Shown: positions 47,951 through 56,453, numbered from the stretch's first letter. The stretch: DNA of 64,000 bases from an uncultured Chlamydiae bacterium (GCA_963713615.1 CAVQMM010000001.1:320001-384000), one strand, 5' to 3'. Notes: generated by a model not told the origin, from the sequence alone. Program-made: numbers and translations.

Positions 47951-48937
47951 ATGGGTGCAGTCGAGCGACAAGAAGGAGGAGATCACCTTGAGGGGCTTGG
48001 AGGCGTGCAGCCGCAGAACCCGGTGCAGCATCAGGTTCCGAATGAATTAGGACAAGCTGATCCGCCACCTGCAAATCCAGCTCAGGTAAAAAAATCGCTG
48101 GGTTCTTCGCCAGCCCAAGTGGTTAAGGGGGTTGCTGGTTTCTTGTGGAAGAATAAGGCAGCGATTGCTTCCCTTGGGGTCCTAGGAGCAGGGGTGGGTA
48201 TTGGTATCTTTATCATCGCTTCCGGCACGGTTGCAGCGCCGGTGTTTGCATTATGTGGAGCTTGCCTTGTGGGAGGTGCTTTCTTGCTTACTTTCTCAGC
48301 TATGCTTGAAAGGTCCTCTGGTGGTTCCAGCCACCAGGCACCAGCGCAGCCGCCTCCACCGGCCCCCGGTCAGGTTGCGGGCGCGGGAGGCCAGGGTGGA
48401 CAGCCAGCCCATAATCAAGCCAATCCTGCGCCAGCTCCTGGAGTAGGTCAAGGTGGTGCTCCGCCACCTCCTATAAACAATCTTGCAGATGAAGGTGGTG
48501 GTCCGCCACCTATCATCAATCCACTTGGAGATGATGCAGGTGGTCAAGCAGTTCCTGAAGAAATTCCTGTACCAGATGCTGGTGGTGGTCCACAACCTAT
48601 AATCAATCCTGCACCAGGTGAAGGCGATCACATAGAACCTGCACCAGGTGAAGGCGATCACATAGAAAATGACGAGCGTGAAGAGGAGATAGAGAACGAA
48701 GATGTTCAGCATCAGATTGAAAATGACGAGCAGCTTCAACATGAGGTAGAACAGCAGCAGGTCAATCATGTCGATGTTAATCCATTAGAAGGAGCTCAGA
48801 ACGAGGCCGTGGGGCAACCTCCAGTGGAGGCGGGCATTAAGGCTAAAGTAGCAGACTGGTTCAGTTCGACGGTGCATGGGCTAGGTGATATTGCATGGGC
48901 CGTGGCAAGCCGTCTAAAACCCGCTGCACGAGAATAA
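47951..48937 (+). CDS. Inc-like protein: bilobed hydrophobic domain plus Pro/Gly-rich and acidic repeats
   Basis: ~50-aa hydrophobic stretch; GGGP(P/Q)PIIN repeats; exact 30-bp duplication at 48608-48667. Confidence 0.8.
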   Translation: MGAVERQEGGDHLEGLGGVQPQNPVQHQVPNELGQADPPPANPAQVKKSLGSSPAQVVKGVAGFLWKNKAAIASLGVLGAGVGIGIFIIASGTVAAPVFALCGACLVGGAFLLTFSAMLERSSGGSSHQAPAQPPPPAPGQVAGAGGQGGQPAHNQANPAPAPGVGQGGAPPPPINNLADEGGGPPPIINPLGDDAGGQAVPEEIPVPDAGGGPQPIINPAPGEGDHIEPAPGEGDHIENDEREEEIENEDVQHQIENDEQLQHEVEQQQVNHVDVNPLEGAQNEAVGQPPVEAGIKAKVADWFSSTVHGLGDIAWAVASRLKPAARE

Positions 48938-48949
48938 GGAGGGAGGAAA

Positions 48950-49195
48950 GTGGAAAAAGATAAAGCAATTGATGAATTTGCCGACGCCGCGGTTGAGATA
49001 TTACGTGGAAGCTATCGTAGTGAATTAGAGCCCTTTGAAGCGTATGCCGCACGCTTGAAGGGAGAGATGGTTAAGCATTTGCACGAATATCGACACCGTT
49101 TGACACATGGATATGAAGTTCTTCTGGAGGAGCTCTCAAAGGAAAAGGCGCCTCCGCGTACCTCACATGGACGTTCCGGTACAATCCGACCATAA
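48950..49195 (+). CDS. Small helical hypothetical protein
   Basis: GTG start after AGGAGGGAGGA; fills the gap between two co-oriented genes. Confidence 0.65.
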   Translation: MEKDKAIDEFADAAVEILRGSYRSELEPFEAYAARLKGEMVKHLHEYRHRLTHGYEVLLEELSKEKAPPRTSHGRSGTIRP

Positions 49196-49205
49196 GGAGT
49201 CTGGT

Positions 49206-50015
49206 ATGGCTGGCCAATTGCCTCCGCCCGGAAATGGTCCTCCACCTATTGGAGGAGGTGGGGCTCCAGCACCACTTCCTCACCCACAGCCTATGCCACC
49301 GGGCTTGAACCCTCATCAACCTAATCCACCGCTACCCGGCCCTGCTGGAGTGAAAGCAACCCTTAAAGCTGGTGTCAAAGATCTATTGGCCAAGGTAGGC
49401 GACTTCGTGATGACTCATAAGGCCATGATTGTGGGTATTGGAATCATGGCCTTTGGAGTAACATGTCTCGCGTTGGCGATGGCAGGAACTGGTGGAGCTG
49501 GCTTGGCGGTAGTAGCCGCTCTAGCCTTGTCGATGGGTTTTATCACCTATGTGCTGTCGCCCTGGATGGAGTCCGTCGCTGACATGGCTGTGGCTCATAT
49601 GCTGGAAGGCGGAAAAGCGATTATGGAGACGGAAACTTTTAAGGAGATGAAAGCCACAAGTAATAACGCTTTGGGAGCAATTTTTGGGGGTTTTTCAACT
49701 GCGGGGCAGAACCAGCCACAACCCCCACAGCCACCACCACAACCCCCACAGCCACCACAGGCCCCACAGCCCCCTCAACCCCCTCAACCCCCACAGCCAC
49801 CACCACAACCACAACCACAACCACAACCCCCACAGCCCCCACAGCCACCACCACCACCACAACCCCCTCAACCCCCACAGCCCCCACAGCCCCCACCACC
49901 ACCACCACCACCACCACCACAACCACAACCCCCTCAACCCCCACAGCCCCCACAGCCACCACCACCACAACCACAACCCCCTCAACTCCCACCACAGCCC
50001 CCACCCCCACGCTGA
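49206..50015 (+). CDS. Inc-like protein with bilobed hydrophobic domain and ~100-aa Pro/Gln tail
   Basis: AAGGAG before the ATG at 49206; hydrophobic core MIVGIG...YVLSPW; (PPQ)n and poly-Pro C-terminus. Confidence 0.8.
   Translation: MAGQLPPPGNGPPPIGGGGAPAPLPHPQPMPPGLNPHQPNPPLPGPAGVKATLKAGVKDLLAKVGDFVMTHKAMIVGIGIMAFGVTCLALAMAGTGGAGLAVVAALALSMGFITYVLSPWMESVADMAVAHMLEGGKAIMETETFKEMKATSNNALGAIFGGFSTAGQNQPQPPQPPPQPPQPPQAPQPPQPPQPPQPPPQPQPQPQPPQPPQPPPPPQPPQPPQPPQPPPPPPPPPPQPQPPQPPQPPQPPPPQPQPPQLPPQPPPPR
49712..50010 (+). repeat. Low-complexity CCA/CCC/CAA/CAG repeat encoding PQ-rich tail
   Basis: CAACCCCCACAGCCACCACCA-type units. Confidence 0.9.
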
Positions 50016-50087
50016 CCAAAGCGACGAAAAAGCGGTGGCAAGCCACCGGACTTTCAAGTAACTCAAAAGGTTGGCTGGCGCAATTTT

Positions 50088-50221
50088 CTATGTGGCGCAG
50101 TCATTCCATGACTGCGAGAAAGGTTGAAACAGATTCCGTTTGCATTTCGTGGAACGTTGTTTTGCATGTCTCCAGAATTGCAACGGATAGTTCGCAGTCA
50201 TGGAATGACAGCGGCACATAG
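50088..50221. repeat. Family I REP-doublet between convergent genes
   Basis: CTATGTGGCGCAGTCATTCCATGACTGCGA / TCGCAGTCATGGAATGACAGCGGCACATAG. One arm recurs at 52193-52219. Confidence 0.8.
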
Positions 50222-50241
50222 GAATGGCGTGTGCAGCAGAC

Positions 50242-51228
50242 TTAGCGCGTGACCAGCCAGAAGTGAATTGAAGGGTAGTTCTGTTGAATATCTGCGGCCC
50301 AGGCTTGGGCCTCTGTGATGCTATCGAAAACCATTGAGGCTGTTGCCAAGGCATCTGCAGCGGCACAGCTTGAGCTCAAGACGCTTGCGCTAGCCACAGA
50401 TCCTGGCACCACTTCAAGAGGCTTCAGACGTTGTGGATCAAACACATGACAATAGACAGTATCTCCTACCGTCCAGTTTTGGTAATAATCTCCGCTAGTT
50501 GCTAAGGCGGCGTTATCGAGATCTACATAGGCCAAGGCATCATGGGCCTTAGAGCTTTCTAGACCGCTGATATAAATGCGCCACAAGCGCCCTTCCGGGT
50601 GTTGTCCGATGGCTTTTACCTCGCCGCCCCATTCGACAAAAAGCGATGCATAGCCTGCCTGAGAAATCCTTTGCACCAGCAAATCGACGCCGTATCCCTT
50701 AGCGACTGCATCCAAATTGAGCATGACGTCATCATGATCCTTACTAAAGAGTTCTTCATTGAAGTGAATGTGGCTCCAACCGACAATGGGGTGTAGAGCC
50801 ATAATTTCAGCTTCTGGAGGCACAGTACCTTTGGTCAAGTAGGGCATCCAAGTCTTTTTTAGAGGCGCAATGGTAGGATCAAAGCGCCCATTAGTCATCG
50901 TGACCAAACTATCGACCAAGATAAGAAAGCTCTGCATTTGAGATGATAGTATGGTTGAATCACCAGCACGCAGGTTATTAAGCCGTGAGACCTCCGATTT
51001 GGGGTTAAACTGGTTGTAGAGGCTATCGACCTCATTGAAGACCTCAGTGATTAATTCCTGGATGTGGCGCTGCTGCTGATCGTTAAGGGCTTCTCCAATG
51101 ACCACGCGATACGGCATCGTCATCGCCACTCCGGCCAATTCGGTGGTTATTGGTTTATCAGTCTCTTGATTATGGAGATAGTAGAGAGATGCAATAGCCA
51201 CTAGAATGAACGCAGCCCAGAATCTCAT
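50242..51228 (-). CDS. apbE: FAD:protein FMN transferase
   Basis: SEVSRLN, GRFDPTI, LDAVAKGYGVD, GGEV, ATSGDY, ADALATA. Confidence 0.93.
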   Translation of the reverse strand: MRFWAAFILVAIASLYYLHNQETDKPITTELAGVAMTMPYRVVIGEALNDQQQRHIQELITEVFNEVDSLYNQFNPKSEVSRLNNLRAGDSTILSSQMQSFLILVDSLVTMTNGRFDPTIAPLKKTWMPYLTKGTVPPEAEIMALHPIVGWSHIHFNEELFSKDHDDVMLNLDAVAKGYGVDLLVQRISQAGYASLFVEWGGEVKAIGQHPEGRLWRIYISGLESSKAHDALAYVDLDNAALATSGDYYQNWTVGDTVYCHVFDPQRLKPLEVVPGSVASASVLSSSCAAADALATASMVFDSITEAQAWAADIQQNYPSIHFWLVTR

Positions 51229-52103
51229 TACCGCACCTTCCGCAATTGGTGAAAAGCTTTTAGGGTATTGCTCAAAAGCATAGCGATCGTCATCGGTCCA
51301 ACACCGCCGGGGACAGGAGTAATCCAGGAGCTCTTGGCTTTCACTTCCTCATAAGCAACATCGCCAACTAGGCGCGATCCTTTGGGGGCTTGAGGATCAA
51401 CAATGCGGTTTTGTCCGACATCGATGACTACAGCTCCTTCACGAATCATATGAGCTTTGAAAAACTCGGGTTGACCGATCGCGGCGATGAGGATATCTGC
51501 CTGGCGCGAGTAATGGGAAATATCGGACGTTTGGCTATGCACTACAGTGACAGTAGCATTAGCGCCTGGCGCTTTCTGCATCAGTAGGCAGGCCAGGGGC
51601 TTACCTACGATATTGCTCCTTCCGGCGATAACGACATGGCGACCTTCAACGTCAATGTTATATCGCTGAAGTAACACCTGAATTCCCAAGGGTGTACAGG
51701 GAACATACGCCGTCGGATCTCCCATCAAGAGCTTTCCATGGCTGATTGGTGTAGCCCCATCGACATCTTTATCCGGCGCTATGCGGCTGGCCATACGTAG
51801 CGAATCGAGGTGAGCAGGCAGGGGCAATTGCATCAGAATGCCGGTGACATCCGGGGCAGCATTGAGTCTATCGATAACAGCTAATAGCTCAGCCTCTTGA
51901 GTCGTTGATGGTAAGAGGATTTTTTCCGACGCAATGCCCACCTTTTGGCAGGTCTTTACCTTGGCATTAACGTAGATATGAGAAGCCGGATTGTCTCCGA
52001 CTAATATAGCTACAAGCTTAGGTATCTGAGGCTTTAAGGCCTCTATATTCTGGGCAAGTTCCTGATGAATTTGGCCGGCAGTAGCCGTTCCGTCGATGAT
52101 CAT
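51228..52103 (-). CDS. folD: Bifunctional methylenetetrahydrofolate dehydrogenase/cyclohydrolase
   Basis: GILMQLPLP, KDVDG, PCTP.G, GRSNIVGKP, TPVPGGVGPMT. Confidence 0.97.
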   Translation of the reverse strand: MIIDGTATAGQIHQELAQNIEALKPQIPKLVAILVGDNPASHIYVNAKVKTCQKVGIASEKILLPSTTQEAELLAVIDRLNAAPDVTGILMQLPLPAHLDSLRMASRIAPDKDVDGATPISHGKLLMGDPTAYVPCTPLGIQVLLQRYNIDVEGRHVVIAGRSNIVGKPLACLLMQKAPGANATVTVVHSQTSDISHYSRQADILIAAIGQPEFFKAHMIREGAVVIDVGQNRIVDPQAPKGSRLVGDVAYEEVKAKSSWITPVPGGVGPMTIAMLLSNTLKAFHQLRKVR

Positions 52104-52147
52104 TATTATCGCCTGGGATTTACCCTATAGATTACCGAATGAATTAA

Positions 52148-52284
52148 TATACCACAAGCGGGCTACGATCGCAAACGGGGCCAGTGCCCCCCTGTGGCGC
52201 AGTCATTCCATGACTGCGAAGGATCGTTGAATCCCAGGGCTTTAGCGCAGTCCCAATTCGATGTTTCAGGCCGCTTGTGGTATA
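52148..52284. mobile_element. Family H element variant (TATA-bounded) containing one family I arm
   Basis: TATACCACAAGCGG / CCGCTTGTGGTATA. Shares ACGATCGCAAACGGG, GATCGTTGAATC and TTTCAGGCCG with 26115-26274. Confidence 0.75.
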
Positions 52285-52449
52285 AATTGCATCATTCAGA
52301 TTGCAATATTGTCGTTTGTGATATGGTGAGGTCAAAGAGAGATCGAGGTCCCCCGAAGCCCTCGGTGATCCTCGTACACTTCACCCTCAAATTGGCTCGG
52401 TAATTGCAATCACAGCATAGCAGTGAGTGCCAGTCTATGAGGAGGCAGT

Positions 52450-52956
52450 ATGAGAAATGTTCGACCGCCTGGATTGAAAAATTTAGCTTTAGCCGTCAGC
52501 CTCACCGCATCTCTAGCGCTGTTTGGCGCTGAAAAGCCCGCGGATCAGAGCGACGCACCTGCGATGACTAATGAATCGCAGCAACAATGTATAAGACTCA
52601 TGCAGGATCCCTTTCCAGACACAATCGTTGAGAAGGTTCTGACCAAAAAAGGCATTTCCGAAGGGCAAATCAAGGAAATCACCCAGGAATTGGACGCTGC
52701 TGCGGCCAAGATCCCTGATAAATTTGCACAGGCCTATGGAAATGATGAGGAACCCTCAGCCACTAATGACCCGCTGAGCGATGTGTACAATGACAGTACT
52801 GAAGAGCTGGACAACGCGCGACTTGAAGTGTTCCGCGATGTGATGAAGAAATACGTCAGTGATGTCGAAGTTGCCATGCAGATGTTCAAAGACATCAATA
52901 AACAGCGAAACAAAGAAATTAAAAATTGTTCCAGTCCTGAAAGTCCTAAGTCCTAG
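52450..52956 (+). CDS. Secreted acidic hypothetical protein
   Basis: GAGGAGG RBS; signal-peptide-like N-terminus. Confidence 0.75.
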   Translation: MRNVRPPGLKNLALAVSLTASLALFGAEKPADQSDAPAMTNESQQQCIRLMQDPFPDTIVEKVLTKKGISEGQIKEITQELDAAAAKIPDKFAQAYGNDEEPSATNDPLSDVYNDSTEELDNARLEVFRDVMKKYVSDVEVAMQMFKDINKQRNKEIKNCSSPESPKS

Positions 52957-53135
52957 TGGGCACCGGATCCCCCGGGATCTCGTGCCATGGCAAGCATAAG
53001 GGGGTGGGCAGACTCGTACGGAGTCTGCCCCTTATTTTTGTAGTGCATAAATTCATTGATTTGGTTCATAGCGGTCGAAAAGTGAATTCCGGTCCTAAGG
53101 TCCCCCTGTTGTCAGCTTCCCCAGGATTCGGACAA

Positions 53136-53319
53136 ACGATGAGTTTCTGGTACACCACCTAGCTCCCAGAGCGCATTGCGAAAGCCTGTAGACAGGGCAG
53201 TATAGGATTCTCTTCCTAAGATACATACGCCCCAGCCACTGAACGGCATCCTGAAGTGATACAGTAAAACGCTTAGCGCTTCGAGTACTAATACCCGTTT
53301 TAGCAGCTGCAGTAGATTG
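53136..53319 (-). pseudogene. istA: IS21-family IstA transposase remnant (internally deleted)
   Basis: Manual translation gives QSTAAAKTGISTRSAKR (N-terminal HTH-like). It is joined out of frame to LLYHFRMPFSGW...GRESYTALSTGFRNALWELGGVPETHR, which resembles the IstA core. Confidence 0.7.
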
Positions 53320-54212
53320 CAAACCGCCCTTGTTTCTAATTTCTATGTACCACAAGGGATTGTAGCCTGGGAGAGGTGGCACAAATATGCCAAGACCGGT
53401 GATGGAGAGCTGGAGCGTTGGAAGCTCAACAAGCACCTTGGACGAACATACAAAGGATGGGTGTTCTTTCCTCACATGCACTTACAATGCCTCGGCCTTC
53501 ATACGTTGCGTAATCGAGGTCCATATGAAGGTGAGCTATTGGTTCGTCTCATCGATCCAAATGGGATTAGCCTAGAAGTCCATGTGACAGGTGATTCTAA
53601 AGTAAAGCTCATCAATGAGCCCTATGGAATCAGCAACGTATGTGGTGAAACCCCCAGTGGTCGCTATGATATTCGAAATACGCGTATCGCGTCCTTAGAG
53701 AATCGCGCAAAAATCGTTGTCTCCTCTCCTGAAGGAATTACACGACATTATCGAAAAAATGAGAGTCACTTTTACCTACTAGACAAGGAAATTTTAGCGA
53801 ATGGAAAGGTCCTTAGGTATACCTACAATGGAAGAGACCTTCGTTTAATCGAAAGTTTAGATCCTCAGGAAAGGTACGTTTATGCGTCGATTGCTGTGGA
53901 AGGTGCTCCCGCAGCCAAAAAATGCCAGTTTCTTAGTAACTCAGGACAATCAGCCTCTTATGAATATCAAACGCGCACGGAGTTCATACCTTTAAAGATA
54001 AGAAGGATAGAGCGAGCAAGCTGGCCTCCTCTCCTCTCTGCGGTAAATAGTCCCTTTTATCATCACGAGACGCTTAACTATACGAATATGTTTGTCTTGG
54101 AGAGCCAGCAGAGCCATCTTCAACCCTTTAAATGCAGCTATAGTACAACATCGAGCCATAATGGCCCCCCGCACCTTCGCATAGACAAGCTTTGGTTCCC
54201 CAATCCGGGAGG
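53320..54212 (+). pseudogene. Fragment of an Rhs/YD-repeat protein
   Basis: Open frame with SGRYDIRNTRI, SPEGITRHY, LLDKEILANGKVLRYTY. No proper start or end; bounded by unrelated remnants. Confidence 0.6.
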
Positions 54213-54294
54213 CGTTGAATCCGCAGCCGCATTTGCAGGTTGCGCGTGTCTGTTTCTGAGGTACAGGTTTACTGTATATCTCGAACTGATACAT
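54213..54294 (-). pseudogene. Possible N-terminal fragment of a phage RusA-like resolvase
   Basis: MYQFEIYSKPVPQKQTR resembles the RusA N-terminal F.I...PVP..R pattern. The rest of track ORF 53992..54294 is antisense to the Rhs fragment. Confidence 0.35.
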
Positions 54295-54425
54295 GGATGT
54301 AAATGCCTAGTTACCGTGTGTTAACTTAGGCATATTACAGAACTTTATTTATGGCAATAAAATTTTGAAAAGCAACCGAAGAAATATCAGTTGCCCTAGG
54401 GGAAAGGGTAAAATAACTGTTTCAG

Positions 54426-54647
54426 TTATGCCGCTTTCCGGCGCTTATAACATGAGGCATGGTCCTTAATTTTTAAGCACTCTCGTTTAATTAGGCCATT
54501 AGATGCCTCTATAATCCTCTCGGCCTTCATCTTCTGGATATAGCCACCCCTTAGGTACCTGTACAGCGTTTCTAGTCTGATGTCTGCTTTGAGGCAAAAG
54601 GCTAGTTGATGTTCCCTTGTAAACGCAAAATAATCCTTTAAATTCAT
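54426..54647 (-). CDS. Small basic Cro-like HTH protein (phage-like)
   Basis: GGGAGGA RBS; MNLKDY...F...ADI...TLYRYLRG.......AERI..AS.G.I pattern. Confidence 0.6.
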   Translation of the reverse strand: MNLKDYFAFTREHQLAFCLKADIRLETLYRYLRGGYIQKMKAERIIEASNGLIKRECLKIKDHASCYKRRKAA

Positions 54648-54781
54648 AATTATCCTCCCTGTTGGCGGTTCCACGATACCACGTTAGGTTATTTGCGTCA
54701 ATTAGTCTGAAAAAATGGCATAGGATGACCGGAAATATTAATGTAAACTAATAGCTCGAAAGTTAACTATAATATAAAATG

Positions 54782-54891
54782 CTCGGGGTCAGACGTGACT
54801 TGTTGATTTGTTCATCATATGAGAGAGATCATGTGTGAGAAATCAACCCGCGTTTCGGTCGAAAAGTCAGCAAGTCACGTCTGACCCCGAG
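54782..54891. repeat. Family K REP-doublet at the truncation point of the IS110 transposase
   Basis: CTCGGGGTCAGACGTGACTTG / CAAGTCACGTCTGACCCCGAG (21-bp perfect arms). Confidence 0.85.
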
Positions 54892-55755
54892 GACCCGGCA
54901 AGCATTGAGGTCGAAGCTAGAAACCGAGTTAAGAACGATAAGCGTGATTCAAAAAAAATGGCTATACAGTTGTCACAAGGACGCCTCACCGGCATACATG
55001 TACCAACTCCCGAACGCGAGAGCTTTCGAACCCTATCTAGGCTAAGAGATACCTTGATGAAAGAGCGAACTCGCACCAGTCTTCGCATAAAGAGTCTTCT
55101 ATTCTGCCAAGGTGCGATAGGGCCTGATGACAACATCAGAATATCTCAAAGCTGGCTCAGGGAGCTACTAAAACAAAAATTCAGTTCAGACGTAGATTAT
55201 GTGCTAAAGACTTACGCCAAGCTATGGATGTATCTTTCCGATACCATCAAAAAAACTGTCGAAAGACTAAAGATTCAGGCCTGGCGGGACAAAGATATGG
55301 AAGATATCTATACGAGCTTTGCTGGTATTGGTCCTACAGCAGCTCGAATTTTGATCAATGAGTTGGGCGATCTATCGCAGTTCCCAAATGATCCCAGCCT
55401 GTTTAGCTATGTTGGAATGACCCCCTCGGAACACTCGTCAGGAGAACATCGTTGGTTAGGCCACATAACACGCCAAGGCAGACCGGTCTTGCGTAAAGTT
55501 TTGGTGCAATGTGCTTGGGTAGCAATCAGACATGACTATTCTTTGAGAAAGGCCTTTGAATCTCTTGAAAGTAGGATTGGCGCGCGCAAAGCAATTGTAG
55601 CAATTGCTAGAAAGCTTATTGGCCGTGTACGCACGTGCTTGAGAGAGAAACGTAAGTATCAGATGGTAACGGAAACCGGAGAACTAGTGACCCACAAAGC
55701 AGTAGATACCCCAGAGGTTGTCGAAGCGTGTGAGGAAGCTGTTCACTCATGTTAA
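54892..55755 (+). pseudogene. IS110-family transposase/recombinase, 5'-truncated
   Basis: PASIEV...RVKNDKRDS (last DxxD of DEDD), GIGP.AA..L..ELGD..F, SYVG.TP..HSSG, I.RQG...LR..L, KAIVAIARKL. The N-terminal RuvC-like half is missing. Confidence 0.9.
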
Positions 55756-55828
55756 TAAGTAGACAACCGCACTTCGTCTATAAAACAATGTTAAACGCGG
55801 TTGCCTACTTATTAACATGGCGAACAGC
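55738..55828. repeat. ~32-bp-arm hairpin overlapping the transposase stop
   Basis: GCTGTTCACTCATGTTAATAAGTAGACAACCGC / GCGGTTGCCTACTTATTAACATGGCGAACAGC. Confidence 0.8.
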
Positions 55829-55869
55829 GAGGAAGAAGAGTATTATATCTTTCTTTTTTTTAAGAAACC

Positions 55870-56075
55870 GAACGTTGGAGATTTCACCGTAGCCTTGTCA
55901 GCTCTCTTGTGGGCCGCTTATGCGGGGTCACGAACCACAGTTTAAGGTGCGGTGCTTTAGTACTCGAATAAGTAACTTGTGGAAGATTTACGAACCTTGC
56001 CACGAATAGCAGATTGAGAATAAGGCATTTAATATAAGTCCTTAGGTCTCGTAAAAAACGAGTCACCTCCAAGAC
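55870..56075 (+). ncRNA. Candidate bridge/seek RNA of the IS110 element (boundaries approximate)
   Basis: CACGA-ACCACAG (55929-55940) matches the target and CACGA-ATAGCAG (56001-56012) matches the element end at 56183-56189. TTGGAG (55875) / CTCCAA (56067) could close the fold. Confidence 0.65.
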
Positions 56076-56186
56076 GTATTACCGACCAGGAAGGGATATG
56101 CGACATTAAGACTTGAACCGTTACTACAATTCTGCATGGATCTAGGCTAAGGGAAAACAGCTCAAAAGGCTTGACACTTCACATAG

Positions 56187-56325
56187 CAGAGAGCACCGAG
56201 ACGCAGAGATCGGAGAGAGAGGAAGGGAGGAACATGACCTATTAAGATCAAAAAAACGATCTCTTCTTTCCTCTCTCTCCGATCTCTGCGTCTCGGCGCT
56301 CTCTGTGGTAAAATCCTAAATCCTC
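56187..56325. repeat. Family A palindrome whose left arm is cut by the IS110 insertion
   Basis: CAGAGAGCACCGAGACGCAGAGATCGGAGAGAGAGG / CCTCTCTCTCCGATCTCTGCGTCTCGGCGCTCTCTGTGGTAAAA. Confidence 0.88.
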
Positions 56326-56453
56326 TCCCTGCTCACTTCTGCCTTTGTAGTCAAGTCCTACAACCCCGGATGAGCCAGATGATGGGGTGGGTCTATTTCC
56401 CGGTTACGTGCAGATAGGAGAGCTTTCCTTTGCTCCTTTGCGTTAAAAAAAAA

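Larger units (their letters stand above)
54892..56189 (+). mobile_element. IS110-family element remnant (left end lost) inserted in a family A palindrome
   Basis: Transposase plus ~430-bp non-coding right end with outward-facing TTGACA (56171-56176). It abuts a family A left arm that lacks its first bases. Confidence 0.8.

Noticed and set aside
47951..50015. Calling the SycD-linked genes copB/copD
   Set aside because: They are shorter and Pro-rich and lack the long coiled-coil regions expected of translocators; no recognisable similarity by eye.
49639..50066. His-rich, Trp-rich and Val/Gly-rich ORFs in alternative frames
   Set aside because: Artefacts of the stop-free low-complexity PQ repeat; only the frame from 49206 has an RBS and a unique N-terminus.
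53317..54324. 335-aa ORF as an intact gene
   Set aside because: Its start abuts the IS21 remnant and its last ~35 codons are the antisense of a different fragment; it is far shorter than Rhs proteins. Recorded as a pseudogene.
54835..54891. Track start of the IS110 transposase
   Set aside because: These codons come from REP-doublet K, and the first catalytic residues of the DEDD domain are missing, so the ORF is not a complete recombinase.
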